Of a stretch of DNA of 64,000 bases, positions 52,546 to 62,588 are shown one piece after another. The notes under the pieces were generated by a model. That model searched no databases, had not been told where the DNA came from, and saw only the letters and a program-made list of their open reading frames with translations. This stretch comes from Verrucomicrobiota bacterium (GTDB lineage Bacteria > Verrucomicrobiota > Verrucomicrobiia > Limisphaerales > AAA164-E04). The position numbers were made by a program, and so were the translations under genes. Numbering within the stretch: position 1 is the stretch's first letter; the number at the start of each line of letters is the position of its first letter. Location: NCBI GenBank assembly GCA_047947115.1, contig CP170459.1, positions 5,056,001-5,120,000 of the forward strand, written 5' to 3'.

Positions 52546-52913
52546 GAACAACACGAACTCCCCCCACAGCAACTCGATTCCGATGTTGATGTGGATTCGG
52601 AAATGTTCAGTTTTAAGAGCTCCGCCAATTCAGAACGCTCGGGATAACGCGATTGAAGCGCAACCTGCCCATTGAACAGGATGACGGGCAAGCAGGCTTC
52701 CCCATCACTCACAAGCAAATTGCTGATCGTTTCTTCTTTGACGAAGGCATCCGGATTTTGGGAAAGATTGAAGCGATGCACTGCCACACCATGGGATTTG
52801 ATCCATTCAATGTCGGCTGCAAACTGAACAAGTTGAGTATCCACATCGGGACCGCAGACTCCCGTGGAGCAGCACATGGCAGGTTCGAAGATTTGTAGGG
52901 TTTGAGTGTTCAT
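52542..52913 (-). CDS. arsD: Arsenite metallochaperone
   Basis: IFEPAMCCSTGVCGP, RFNLSQNPDAF, RYP and C-terminal CCGGSSCC. Confidence 0.96.
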   Translation of the reverse strand: MNTQTLQIFEPAMCCSTGVCGPDVDTQLVQFAADIEWIKSHGVAVHRFNLSQNPDAFVKEETISNLLVSDGEACLPVILFNGQVALQSRYPERSELAELLKLNISESTSTSESSCCGGSSCCS

Positions 52914-52937
52914 AAAAAAATTCAACAGTTTTGATGG

Positions 52938-53300
52938 TTAGCAAGCACGTTTACACAATTCAGACGGATCGACCCGGAGTATTGTTTTGAGATTCCTTTG
53001 GTCCTCTAATATCCTGGGATGTTCCTTGAGCGATTGAATCACCCATTCAATGGCTTCGCTTACCTCCAGAGGAGCATTACTTCCTGGCAACTGGTAAAAT
53101 ATCCACCGACCTTCCTTCCGTGATTCCAAAAGCCCGGCTTGAAACAGGATGGAAAGGTGTTTCGAGATGGTGGATGAAGCGAGACCGAGCAACTCCGTTA
53201 TCTGGCAAACACAAAGCTCACCTTGATGCAAGGCCATCAGCACCCGAACCCGGTTCTCATCCGCGAGCGCCTTGGTGATGTTCATGAAAGATCGCATCAT
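52938..53300 (-). CDS. arsR: ArsR/SmtB-family As(III)-responsive repressor
   Basis: KALADENRVR, metal box ELCVCQI, STISKHLSIL, RKEGRWIFY. First gene of arsRDA. Confidence 0.93.
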   Translation of the reverse strand: MMRSFMNITKALADENRVRVLMALHQGELCVCQITELLGLASSTISKHLSILFQAGLLESRKEGRWIFYQLPGSNAPLEVSEAIEWVIQSLKEHPRILEDQRNLKTILRVDPSELCKRAC

Positions 53301-53312
53301 TACAGAATCTAT

Positions 53313-53332
53313 ATTTCGCCAAACGACGAAAT
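53313..53332. promoter_or_regulatory. Probable ArsR operator (inverted repeat)
   Basis: ATTTCG-N8-CGAAAT palindrome 13-32 nt upstream of the arsR start codon. Confidence 0.6.
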
Positions 53333-53508
53333 GACCATACTTTGTCCCGGGGCTATCGTCAATAAGGTGTCTCCAAAAAGTGATTCCACAACAGAACTCC
53401 TGTCCCTGTCATCATCCTTCAAGTGAGGAACTGTCTCAGCATTAAATTGGGAATGGATCGACATTTACTTTCACCGTCGGCAATGGCAGGATTGTTCTCA
53501 TTGTTATT

Positions 53509-56500
53509 ATGAGTTTCAGAAGGAAAAACCGAATTCGGACATTCATCATCATGGGTGTCAGTGTTGCTTTTCATGTCTCGTTTTTATCGGGAGGTCTAGG
53601 CGCTGTGGAATTCGGACGGGATGTGTTGCCGATATTTTCAGAAAAATGTTTCCAGTGCCACGGTCCGGATGAAAAGAATCGTAAGGCCGATCTGCGTCTG
53701 GACACCATGGAAGGAGCAACCAGGGATCTGGGAGGGTATGCTGCGGTGGTCCCTGGTAATCCCGGGCAAAGCACGCTGATCGATCGTATCGAGCATGTTG
53801 ATCCCGACGAAATCATGCCGCCGCCGGATTCGGAGCTTTTTTTGAATGCGAAGGAAAAGCGCCTCCTTCGCGAATGGATCGAAATGGGGGCTCCATTTGA
53901 AGATCACTGGGCCTTTCTCCCTCCACAAAAGTTGACTCTGCCGAATTCAGGACATCCGATGGATGCTATCGTCGCAGCTCGTTTGGATCGTGAGGGTTTA
54001 TCTTTTTCACCTCCGGCAAGCGCCGAGATACTATGCCGACGTCTCTATCTGGATATCATCGGAATTCCTCCAACACCCACGGAAGTCGATGCATTTGTGG
54101 CGGCAGAGAAGGTAAATCGTGACCAGGCAGTCAAGGACCTCAGCAACCGCTTGCAGAACAGCGCTCAATTTGGCGAACGTTGGGCGCGTCCCTGGTTGGA
54201 TGTTGCCCGGTATGCGGACAGCAATGGTTTCGAAAAAGATCTGGCCCGCGAACAGTGGGCATGGCGCGATTGGGTGATTCAGGCCATCAATAATGACAAA
54301 CCTTACAATGCATTCCTGATTGAACAAATCGCCGGCGATCTCTTGCCGGACGCCACACAGGATCAAATCATCGCAACCGGTTTCTTGCGCAACGGGATGG
54401 TCAATGAAGAAGGCGCGATTGTGCCGGAGCAATTCCGCATTGAAGGCCTTTTCGATCGTATGGATTGTATAGGCAAAGCGGTGCTGGGACTTTCATTGCA
54501 GTGCGCCCAATGTCATTCCCATAAATTCGACCCCATCACCCAGGACGAATATTATGGCATGTTCGCTTTTCTTAACAATACGCATGAAGCTCAATCCTGG
54601 GTTTATTCGAAGAAGCAATTGGACCAGATCCAACACATCCAATCAAAGGTCGAAGATCTGGAGAACAAAATCCGATCGGTGCACCCGGATTGGAAAACGG
54701 AAATCACCCATTGGGAAGCATCGCTACAGGCAAATCACCCCAAGTGGCAGACTCTCGATTTTCACGAACACGTCTGGGAAGGCGGTTTGAATCATCCGAC
54801 CCAACTCCCCGGTCACAGCATATTGGTATTGGGCCACCCCACAGTGGGCGGAAGCATGTATTTGGTTGCCCGTACTGGTGAAACCACAGTGACAGAGTTG
54901 AGACTGGAAGCGTTGCAACATGGCGACCATCCCTTTGGAGGTCCCGGCCGCGGTAGGAAGGGATTGTTCTCGATTGGTGAATTGGAAATCTATCAACGGG
55001 CCTCCGCCGAGGCCGATTGGGAAAAAGTGGCATTGAAGGGAGCCCGAGCTGACTTCGCCACCGAAGAACGTGCGATCAGCCATGAAGCCGAAAAGGAAAA
55101 ACGGTCCCTCATCGGCCCTGCCGCTTTCATGATCGACGGGAATACCAAGACAGGCTGGATGCCCGACAGAGGTCCCGTCTTGCGACATACTGATTCTGTG
55201 GCCGTGGTAACCTTGTCGTCCCCACTGAAGCTCACCGCTGAAAGTGAATTGAAGATTCGGTTACAATTACACCAAGGCGAATCAGCAGACGGTCGGGACA
55301 ATCTGCAATTGGGGCGGGTGCGCTGTTCCATAACGGACACCCCTCCATCCGATGCACCTCTGCCAGATCATGCCGCCTGGCTGGCCATGGAAAAACCAAT
55401 CGCAGAACGCACCCAAGCTGACTTCCGGGTAATTTTCAGGGCCTGGCGCAATAGTCTGGAGGATTGCTCTGAAATCAACACCGAAATCGTTTCACTGGAA
55501 CAAACCTATCCCGAAGCGGAAACCAGCGTACTGAGTCTAGCCGAACCTCCGACTGACCTGCAGCGTGTCACCTATTTTCTGGATCGAGGAGGCTGGAACC
55601 GCCCACGTCATGTGGTGGAGCCTCATGTTCCGACTGCTTTGCATGCGACCCACAACACGCCAAAAACACGCCTCGACTTCGCCCGTTGGCTCGCCAGCGA
55701 TGCGTCCCCTCTGACTGCGAGAGTGCAGGTCAACCGAGTTTGGCAATCCATCTTTGGCGTCGGACTGGTGGAAACCGCCGAAGATTTTGGCACCCGAGCG
55801 CCACGCCCGGAACATCAGGCGCTGCTCGATTGGCTGGCTGTGGATTTCATGGAAAAGGGATGGAGTCTCAAATCACTGATTCGCACCATCGTTTCAAGTC
55901 AGGTTTATCAACAGGATTCCAAATGCCCCCCCGAGCTCGCCGAGCGGGATCCACAGAATCGTTTACTGGCGCGTGGCCCACGCTTTCGAATGGATGCCGA
56001 ATCCATCCGGGACACGGCACTCTCGATCTCGGGATTGCTGCATGAACGCATCGGTGGAGCGAGCTTTCATCCTCCGGTGCCTCAAAGCATGCTGGACTAC
56101 AATTATTTCAAAGTGGACTGGCATGAAGCCCAAGCCCCGGAGCGATATCGACGTTCTCTTTACATGTTTCGGAAGCGATCCATGCCCGATCCGGTCTTAA
56201 CCACTTTTGACGCCCCTAACGGCGATTTCGCCTGCGCAAGACGCATGCGGTCGAACACCCCGTTGGCAGCCTTGACACCGCTCAACGAACCGGTCTTTGT
56301 GGAAGCATCGCGCGCATTGTCACTCAGAATTTTGAAAGAAGGCGGAACAACGGATGCATCGCGCGCCGATTACGGATTCCGGCTTTGCACCGGACGTTCG
56401 AGCACAGCTTCGGAAAGGGAAGCCTTGTTGTCCCTGATTGAGAAGCAACGCTCCCGGCTGGCGGACGGTTGGTTGTCAATAGACCAGATCGGATTCGGCG

Positions 56501-56613
56501 GTGACGACAAGAGAACTGAACTCCCCGAAGGAACGACACCGCAAGACGCAGCAGCCTGGACCATCGCCGCCCGGGTACTTCTGAACATGGATGCCACTCT
56601 CACCAAATTTTGA
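53509..56613 (+). CDS. Planctomycete cytochrome c + DUF1549 + DUF1553 (PSD1) protein
   Basis: VEFGRDVLPIFSEKCFQCHGPD, MPP, HWAF, RRLYLDIIGIPPT, GERWARPWLDVARYADS, CAQCHSHKFDPI, ARVQVNRVW, RMDAESIRD, RRSLY, SNTPLAAL. Confidence 0.95.
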   Translation: MSFRRKNRIRTFIIMGVSVAFHVSFLSGGLGAVEFGRDVLPIFSEKCFQCHGPDEKNRKADLRLDTMEGATRDLGGYAAVVPGNPGQSTLIDRIEHVDPDEIMPPPDSELFLNAKEKRLLREWIEMGAPFEDHWAFLPPQKLTLPNSGHPMDAIVAARLDREGLSFSPPASAEILCRRLYLDIIGIPPTPTEVDAFVAAEKVNRDQAVKDLSNRLQNSAQFGERWARPWLDVARYADSNGFEKDLAREQWAWRDWVIQAINNDKPYNAFLIEQIAGDLLPDATQDQIIATGFLRNGMVNEEGAIVPEQFRIEGLFDRMDCIGKAVLGLSLQCAQCHSHKFDPITQDEYYGMFAFLNNTHEAQSWVYSKKQLDQIQHIQSKVEDLENKIRSVHPDWKTEITHWEASLQANHPKWQTLDFHEHVWEGGLNHPTQLPGHSILVLGHPTVGGSMYLVARTGETTVTELRLEALQHGDHPFGGPGRGRKGLFSIGELEIYQRASAEADWEKVALKGARADFATEERAISHEAEKEKRSLIGPAAFMIDGNTKTGWMPDRGPVLRHTDSVAVVTLSSPLKLTAESELKIRLQLHQGESADGRDNLQLGRVRCSITDTPPSDAPLPDHAAWLAMEKPIAERTQADFRVIFRAWRNSLEDCSEINTEIVSLEQTYPEAETSVLSLAEPPTDLQRVTYFLDRGGWNRPRHVVEPHVPTALHATHNTPKTRLDFARWLASDASPLTARVQVNRVWQSIFGVGLVETAEDFGTRAPRPEHQALLDWLAVDFMEKGWSLKSLIRTIVSSQVYQQDSKCPPELAERDPQNRLLARGPRFRMDAESIRDTALSISGLLHERIGGASFHPPVPQSMLDYNYFKVDWHEAQAPERYRRSLYMFRKRSMPDPVLTTFDAPNGDFACARRMRSNTPLAALTPLNEPVFVEASRALSLRILKEGGTTDASRADYGFRLCTGRSSTASEREALLSLIEKQRSRLADGWLSIDQIGFGGDDKRTELPEGTTPQDAAAWTIAARVLLNMDATLTKF

Positions 56614-56624
56614 AAGCAACTGAC

Positions 56625-58031
56625 ATGACTTCTAAGGACATGATACGAAACGAATTCGCAAAAGGTGTGACCCGCCGGTGGTTTTTAAGGGATTGCGGCG
56701 TCGGCATCGGAGCCACCGCCTTCACTTCGTTGCTCGCTCAGGACCAACTTCTCAAGGGTGGAAGAACGCACTTCCCGCCCAAGATCAAGCGCGTGGTTTA
56801 TCTGTTTCACGCGGGCGCCCCAAGTCATCTGGAACTCTTCGACCCCAAACCGGAATTGACCAAACGGGACGGACAACTGCCACCCTCGGAATTGTTGAAA
56901 GATTACCGAGCCGCGTTCATCAATCCGAACTCAAAACTACTGGGGCCCAAATTCACCTTCAGCCCCCACGGCCAAAGCGGCATCGAATTGAGCGACATGT
57001 TGCCGCATACATCGCAATTGACGGATGACATGTGCCTGATTCGATCCATGCACACCGAAGCCGTGAACCATGCCCCGGCTCAGATCATGCTCAACACAGG
57101 GTCCCAGCAATTCGGACGCCCCAGCCTGGGAGCATGGATGTTATATGGACTCGGAAGCCAAAGCCGTAACCTGCCGGGCTACGTCGTCCTGACCAGCGCC
57201 AAAGGCACCAGCGGCGGAGCGAGCAACTACGGCAGCGGGTTTCTTCCCACCGAGTATGGCGGCATTCCATTTCGCGGCACGGGGGATCCGGTGCTTTACC
57301 TTTCCAACCCCAAAGGATATGACTCCAAGGCCCAAAGAGATTCCCTGGATACCTTGAACGAGCTGAACCAAATTGGTTTTGAACAATCTCCGGATCCGGA
57401 AATCACCGCGCGTATCCAGGCCTACGAGACGGCTTACCGCCTGCAGACAAGCGCCCCCGAACTGATGGATCTAAAACAGGAATCACAGGAAACTTTCGAC
57501 CTCTATGGCATCAAAAACCCACAACAATCAAACTACGCACGCAACTGCCTGTTGGCTCGACGGCTGCTCGAACGGGGTGTCAGTTTCGTGCAACTGTTCC
57601 ATGAAGCATGGGATCAACACGGCAATCTGACCAAGGACATCCAGAAGAACTGTCAGGAAACGGATCAAGGCACCGCAGCCCTGCTCATCGATCTCAAGCG
57701 TCGAGGCATGCTCGATGACACGTTGGTGATCTGGGGTGGTGAATTCGGTCGCACTCCCATGGTCCAAGGCGGCAACGACGGTCGCGACCATCACAATCGA
57801 TGTTTCTCCATGTGGCTTGCCGGCGGTGGAGTGAAAAAAGGATTCGTTTACGGAGAAACCGACGAACTTGGATTCAACATCGCCCGAGACCCGGTACACG
57901 TCCACGACCTCAATGCCACCCTGCTCCACCTGCTCGGATTCAACCACGAACGACTGACCTACCGCTACCAGGGACGGGACTTCAGACTGACCGATGTGCA
58001 CGGGAAAGTGCTGAATCAAATTCTCGTTTAG
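56625..58031 (+). CDS. DUF1501-family Tat-exported protein
   Basis: TRRWFLRDCG, GAPSHLELFDPKP, RSMHTEAVNH, CLLARRLLERGV, WDQH, WGGEFGRTP, GRDHH, HVHDLNAT, RLTDVHG. Confidence 0.95.
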   Translation: MTSKDMIRNEFAKGVTRRWFLRDCGVGIGATAFTSLLAQDQLLKGGRTHFPPKIKRVVYLFHAGAPSHLELFDPKPELTKRDGQLPPSELLKDYRAAFINPNSKLLGPKFTFSPHGQSGIELSDMLPHTSQLTDDMCLIRSMHTEAVNHAPAQIMLNTGSQQFGRPSLGAWMLYGLGSQSRNLPGYVVLTSAKGTSGGASNYGSGFLPTEYGGIPFRGTGDPVLYLSNPKGYDSKAQRDSLDTLNELNQIGFEQSPDPEITARIQAYETAYRLQTSAPELMDLKQESQETFDLYGIKNPQQSNYARNCLLARRLLERGVSFVQLFHEAWDQHGNLTKDIQKNCQETDQGTAALLIDLKRRGMLDDTLVIWGGEFGRTPMVQGGNDGRDHHNRCFSMWLAGGGVKKGFVYGETDELGFNIARDPVHVHDLNATLLHLLGFNHERLTYRYQGRDFRLTDVHGKVLNQILV

Positions 58032-58272
58032 TTCCCTTAAAAAGTGTGCTCAACGGCCTACATGGTACCTTCTGGCGAAGGCACCCACATAGATAGATTG
58101 TGACGTCACGCCGGGCCCCGGTGGCTTCTTTCCCTTTCTTTAGTCGTCATTATGGAAAGCCATGATTGTTGAATCACCCAAAACCATTTACCATGATGCC
58201 ATCGAATGAGAAGAAGGGACGCATGCAAACAAAAAGCTCCCCTCCCCTCAACCCCAAAGGGATAAAGCGAAC

Positions 58273-59034
58273 ATGACACCATCCGATTCAGAACTGTTGG
58301 AAGCAATGGAAACCGAAGGTTTCGTATTCTTGCCTAAGTTTTTAAATAGCGAAGCATTGACAGAGTTGACCGCGCACGTGGATAGATTCATCCGTGACGT
58401 CGTTCCTACATTGCGGCCTGAGCAGGTTTTCTATGAGGATAAGTCGAATCCAGAAACGCCGAAGCAAATCCAACACATGAACACCCACGATCTCTGGTTT
58501 CATGATTTGTTCACGAACAGTCGTTTTCAAGAGCTGGCCGAAGTCCTTCTTAAAGGACCTGTAGTGCCCAAAAACATGCAGTATTTCAACAAACCACCAG
58601 GAGTGGGCCAGCCCACACCGCCGCATCAGGACGGTTATTACTTCATGCTCAATCCATGTGAAGCGATCACCATGTGGTTTGCGCTCGATGTTGTGGATGA
58701 GGAAAACGGCTGTGTGCGTTATGTTCCGGGTTCACATCGTCATGGTATGCGTGAGCATTCCCGCACGCAGACGCTTGGGTTCAGTCAAGGTATCACGGAC
58801 TACCCAACAGATCAGGACCGCAAGGGCGAAGTAACCTGCCCAGCCCAACCCGGCGACTTGCTCGTTCATGATGCTTTGACCATTCATCGCGCCGACGCAA
58901 ACCGTTCATGCACACGATCCCGCCGGGCCTTGGGTTTCATCTATTACAGTGAACGCGCCCGGGAAGACAGGGAAGCTCACACCAGGTATCAACGGAGACT
59001 CGCTGAAGACTTGAAATCTCAGGGAAAAATCTGA
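58273..59034 (+). CDS. Phytanoyl-CoA dioxygenase (PhyH) family 2OG-Fe(II) oxygenase
   Basis: FNKPP, TPPHQDG (HxD), WFALD...ENGCVRYVPGSH, PGD...TIHRA (distal His), SRRAL. Confidence 0.92.
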   Translation: MTPSDSELLEAMETEGFVFLPKFLNSEALTELTAHVDRFIRDVVPTLRPEQVFYEDKSNPETPKQIQHMNTHDLWFHDLFTNSRFQELAEVLLKGPVVPKNMQYFNKPPGVGQPTPPHQDGYYFMLNPCEAITMWFALDVVDEENGCVRYVPGSHRHGMREHSRTQTLGFSQGITDYPTDQDRKGEVTCPAQPGDLLVHDALTIHRADANRSCTRSRRALGFIYYSERAREDREAHTRYQRRLAEDLKSQGKI

Positions 59035-59074
59035 AACTGGAGCAAACGCCAATCATTCACTGAAAAAATTGATC

Positions 59075-60232
59075 ATGAGACTTCGCCAAATGAACATCGC
59101 CGCTCTGTTACTGACATTAACCTGCCTTTCTAAGCCACTTGCTGCAGCAGAGATTCCCATCGAAGGCAACCAGGCTCCTTTCCTTGGCGAACCCGAATTG
59201 AGCATCCTGCCGGTGTTCGAAGAGGGTCGGTTTCCCAATATCGTCATCACGACAAGGGGAACGGTTCTGGCCACCTGGGGAAATGATCACATCCGTGCAC
59301 GGCGCAGTGAGGATGGCGGCCGCACATGGGGTAAGGAAATCACTATCGCCCAATCAGGCATCCATGGTGGCGGCACGACCGTCGATGAAACAACGGGAGA
59401 CATCCTTGCCTTCGTTGAAGCAACGCACCCGCCTGCACCATTGACGCTCTATCGTAGTAAAGACGACGGCAAAAGTTGGCAGGCAGAAGAAATCACGATC
59501 CATCCTGACAACAATGGCAAAATGCCATCCATGCACATGAATGAACATGGCATCACGCTTCTTCACGGGGAGCACAAAGGCCGTTTACTGAGAGCCTCAC
59601 GCAACTATGGTAAAGGAAACCGCCCCGCGAGCCTTTTTCCTACGCACTATACCAATGCCATCTACAGCGATGATGGCGGCAAGACCTGGAACACCAGCCA
59701 TCCTTTTTCCGAATACGGAACCGGCGAAGCAACCATCGCCGAACTATCCGACGGCCGCGTGTATTACAACTCACGTCGTCACTGGGCGCCCGAAGGAAAA
59801 AGTCCGCTCCGGCGATGGACCGCCTGGAGTAAGGACGGTGGAGCGACATGGAGTAAGGCGAGCATTTGCGAAGTCCTGCCGGACGGACCACAAGACACGA
59901 GCTACGGTTGCATGGGCGGACTGGTCCGGCTTCCGATCAAGGGCAAGGACATCCTGATCTACAGCAATTGTGACAGCCCCAAAGGAAGAACGCATGGAAC
60001 GGTCTGGGCGAGCTTTGACGGCGGAAATTCCTGGCCGGTGAAGCGTCTCGTTCACGAAGGCAGCTTCGCCTATTCGTCCATCACTGCAGGCCGGCCTGAA
60101 ACTCCGAGCGAAGGGAACATCTATTTGCATTTCGAAAGCGGCGGGTCAAAGGTGGCACGATTCAATCTCAGTTGGATTCTGGGAGGCACGAAAACAAACG
60201 ACGGCCAAGTACCTCATGATCTGAATCGATAA
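59075..60232 (+). CDS. Secreted sialidase-like (BNR/Asp-box, GH33-like) protein
   Basis: Signal peptide, GRFP (RIP-like), five Asp-boxes (SEDGGRTW, SKDDGKSW, SDDGGKTW, SKDGGATW, SFDGGNSW), TGEAT, NSRR, AYSS. Confidence 0.88.
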   Translation: MRLRQMNIAALLLTLTCLSKPLAAAEIPIEGNQAPFLGEPELSILPVFEEGRFPNIVITTRGTVLATWGNDHIRARRSEDGGRTWGKEITIAQSGIHGGGTTVDETTGDILAFVEATHPPAPLTLYRSKDDGKSWQAEEITIHPDNNGKMPSMHMNEHGITLLHGEHKGRLLRASRNYGKGNRPASLFPTHYTNAIYSDDGGKTWNTSHPFSEYGTGEATIAELSDGRVYYNSRRHWAPEGKSPLRRWTAWSKDGGATWSKASICEVLPDGPQDTSYGCMGGLVRLPIKGKDILIYSNCDSPKGRTHGTVWASFDGGNSWPVKRLVHEGSFAYSSITAGRPETPSEGNIYLHFESGGSKVARFNLSWILGGTKTNDGQVPHDLNR

Positions 60233-60358
60233 GAAAAGGAAGGCACACAAGGTAAGTTCATTTTCAAAACAAAGTCACGCACCTTCAATGCGGTTCATTG
60301 GGCCAATGGTCTTTCATCTCTCCCAAGACTTTTTGATCAGCGTCAGGCATGCATCTGG

Positions 60359-61411
60359 TCAAGTCGGGCGTTTCCTTAGAATGACGCGGTGAAGTTGATC
60401 ATTGATGGATATGATGAAGGCGGCGGAATGAAGCGGACTGCGTGGATCTTTCCTGTCCTCCTCAAACATCAAGGCCATAAAGTCCACCAGATGATCCAGC
60501 TGGTCAAAATCAATACGAACAATCGGGTTCATGGTGCCGTTTTTCTCCAGATATATCCAACCCGACTCCTTCGGCACCAACAGTCCAATGTGATCAACAC
60601 CGATATATTTACCGCGAAGATCCACAAAATGGCACAAGACCACTTTCAACTTCTCCGAGAACACCAGTCCATCTCTCTTCCACCATTCCTTTTTTCTCTC
60701 AAACAATTGAGTCAAGGACATTTCAGTATTCGCGTAATGGGCCGGCATGGCACGTGTGACTCGTAGACTAAGCGCCAGATTCAATTCATTCGTCGAACGG
60801 GACTCCAGTCCTGTCAACATTGAATAATTCGCGTGAGGCGACAAAAAATTTTCCCCAGATGCCATGCCTGGTAATTCCAGAGTTAAAGATTTAAAATACT
60901 TCACTCCTCCTTTTGAAAAAAGTTCCAGGCGACGAAGATGCTTCGTGGCAAAATGTTCCATCGTCTGATCAGCGAAAACCGGTCCTTCCCTGAGCAATAA
61001 AAGAGCCTGATCAAAACAAGTCAGCGCATGGTGATTGGGACGGGTTTGCCAATGGACCAAACCGGAATAACCGGGAGCCCCCTTGGCATACAACTGAGCA
61101 GGAACATCAAATGCGAACACATCCGCCCCATCGGGACGAGCCTCGACATCAGGATGGATCTGCAATCGGAGTTGCTGCCTTTTGATCAGATTATGAAATC
61201 CCTTGAGAGCAATATCACCACAACCGGCGGCCTTCAGGTGCTCCAGAGTGTCCTGCACCATGTCGGGTTGATTCAGAAAGCTGAGCCGGATAGGTGATTC
61301 CGCATGCACAACACACGACAAGAAAGACCATTGCAGCAACAAGACACACAAACCAAGCCTGTTGCGACATCCAAATCCCATCCAGTTCCTTTGCATCAAA
61401 TAGGGCTTCAA
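60359..61411 (-). CDS. Secreted hypothetical protein, DUF4300-like
   Basis: Signal-like segment ending VHA, LTCFDQALLL and VDHIGLLV...WIYLEK...P. Family recalled from motif similarity only. Confidence 0.5.
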   Translation of the reverse strand: MKPYLMQRNWMGFGCRNRLGLCVLLLQWSFLSCVVHAESPIRLSFLNQPDMVQDTLEHLKAAGCGDIALKGFHNLIKRQQLRLQIHPDVEARPDGADVFAFDVPAQLYAKGAPGYSGLVHWQTRPNHHALTCFDQALLLLREGPVFADQTMEHFATKHLRRLELFSKGGVKYFKSLTLELPGMASGENFLSPHANYSMLTGLESRSTNELNLALSLRVTRAMPAHYANTEMSLTQLFERKKEWWKRDGLVFSEKLKVVLCHFVDLRGKYIGVDHIGLLVPKESGWIYLEKNGTMNPIVRIDFDQLDHLVDFMALMFEEDRKDPRSPLHSAAFIISINDQLHRVILRKRPT

Positions 61412-61538
61412 AATAAGTCAATAAGTTCCCTGACATGACGGTTTGAAAAGGAGATGAGTTACAGAGAACCTGAATCATTCTGCCATCGCGATAAAAAAGA
61501 GACATTTACAATGGAATCCCAACTGACAGAATGTCTCT

Positions 61539-62573
61539 ATGCAACAGATGACGCTGAATAGACGTTCCATGCTTCTCGGCAGTTTGGGCATCGGGTTGTC
61601 TCATGCTTTGACCAGGGTTCCTGGTCAGGCTCAAGCCACCCCGAAAATGGTTCAAACGGTGATGGGGCCTATCGAAGCGAAAGAACACGGTGTGGCCCTG
61701 CCGCATGAACATATCTTGTGCGATTTCATCGGGGCAGCATCCACCGGCCCCCATCGATGGGATCAGGAGGAAGTCTTTCAACGCATGCTTGTTTACCTGC
61801 AGGAACTTAAGGAAGCGGGCGCTTCCACATTTTACGACTGTACCCCAGCCTACATTGGCCGCGACCCTGTTCTTTTAAAACGACTTTCCTCAATCACCGG
61901 CTTGCACGTGATCACCAACACCGGATTTTACGGCGGCGCCATGGACAAGTATGTCCCAGATTTCGCATACAAATTGAACATGAATGACATGGCTGACTTG
62001 TGGATCAAGGAGTTTGAGCATGGCATCGGAGATACCGGTATTCGTCCTGGGTTCATCAAAATTGGAGTCGATTCCATCGAAACCGAATCGTCACCATTGT
62101 CCAAGATCGATTCCATCATCGTTCAAGCAGCCGCCCAGGTTTCTGTAAAAACAAATTTAAGCGTCACCTGCCATACAGGAGGAGGCTTTGCGGGACTGGC
62201 GGCGCTACGCTTGTTCATGGATCATGGTGGCGCCGCTTCCAGGTTTATCGTGGCACATGCAGACAGCCACGGATTACCTATCAATCGCAAAGTTGCCGAT
62301 CTGGACGGATGGGTTTCTTACGACGCCATCGGTCGGCGCCCTCTCAAACAACACCTCGAGACGGTGCCTCAAATGCTGTCCCACCGGGCGGATCGACTTT
62401 TGTTGTCTCAAGATAACGGCTGGTATTCGGCAGGAGAGGACCAGGGCGGAGACGTCCGTGGCTATATTGATCTTTTAAAAACCTTTTTGCCTGCCCTGGA
62501 AAAATCAGGTGCTCCCTCAGAGCAAATCCAGCAATTGATTCGCCACAACACCTGGAATGCCTTCGCAAGTTGA
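61539..62573 (+). CDS. Tat-exported phosphotriesterase-related (PHP/PLL) amidohydrolase
   Basis: NRRSMLLG Tat signal, VQTVMGPI, and metal ligands PHEH, GFIKIG (Lys), TCHT, VAHAD, LLSQD. Confidence 0.92.
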   Translation: MQQMTLNRRSMLLGSLGIGLSHALTRVPGQAQATPKMVQTVMGPIEAKEHGVALPHEHILCDFIGAASTGPHRWDQEEVFQRMLVYLQELKEAGASTFYDCTPAYIGRDPVLLKRLSSITGLHVITNTGFYGGAMDKYVPDFAYKLNMNDMADLWIKEFEHGIGDTGIRPGFIKIGVDSIETESSPLSKIDSIIVQAAAQVSVKTNLSVTCHTGGGFAGLAALRLFMDHGGAASRFIVAHADSHGLPINRKVADLDGWVSYDAIGRRPLKQHLETVPQMLSHRADRLLLSQDNGWYSAGEDQGGDVRGYIDLLKTFLPALEKSGAPSEQIQQLIRHNTWNAFAS

Positions 62574-62588
62574 ACGAATTCCTCAGCA

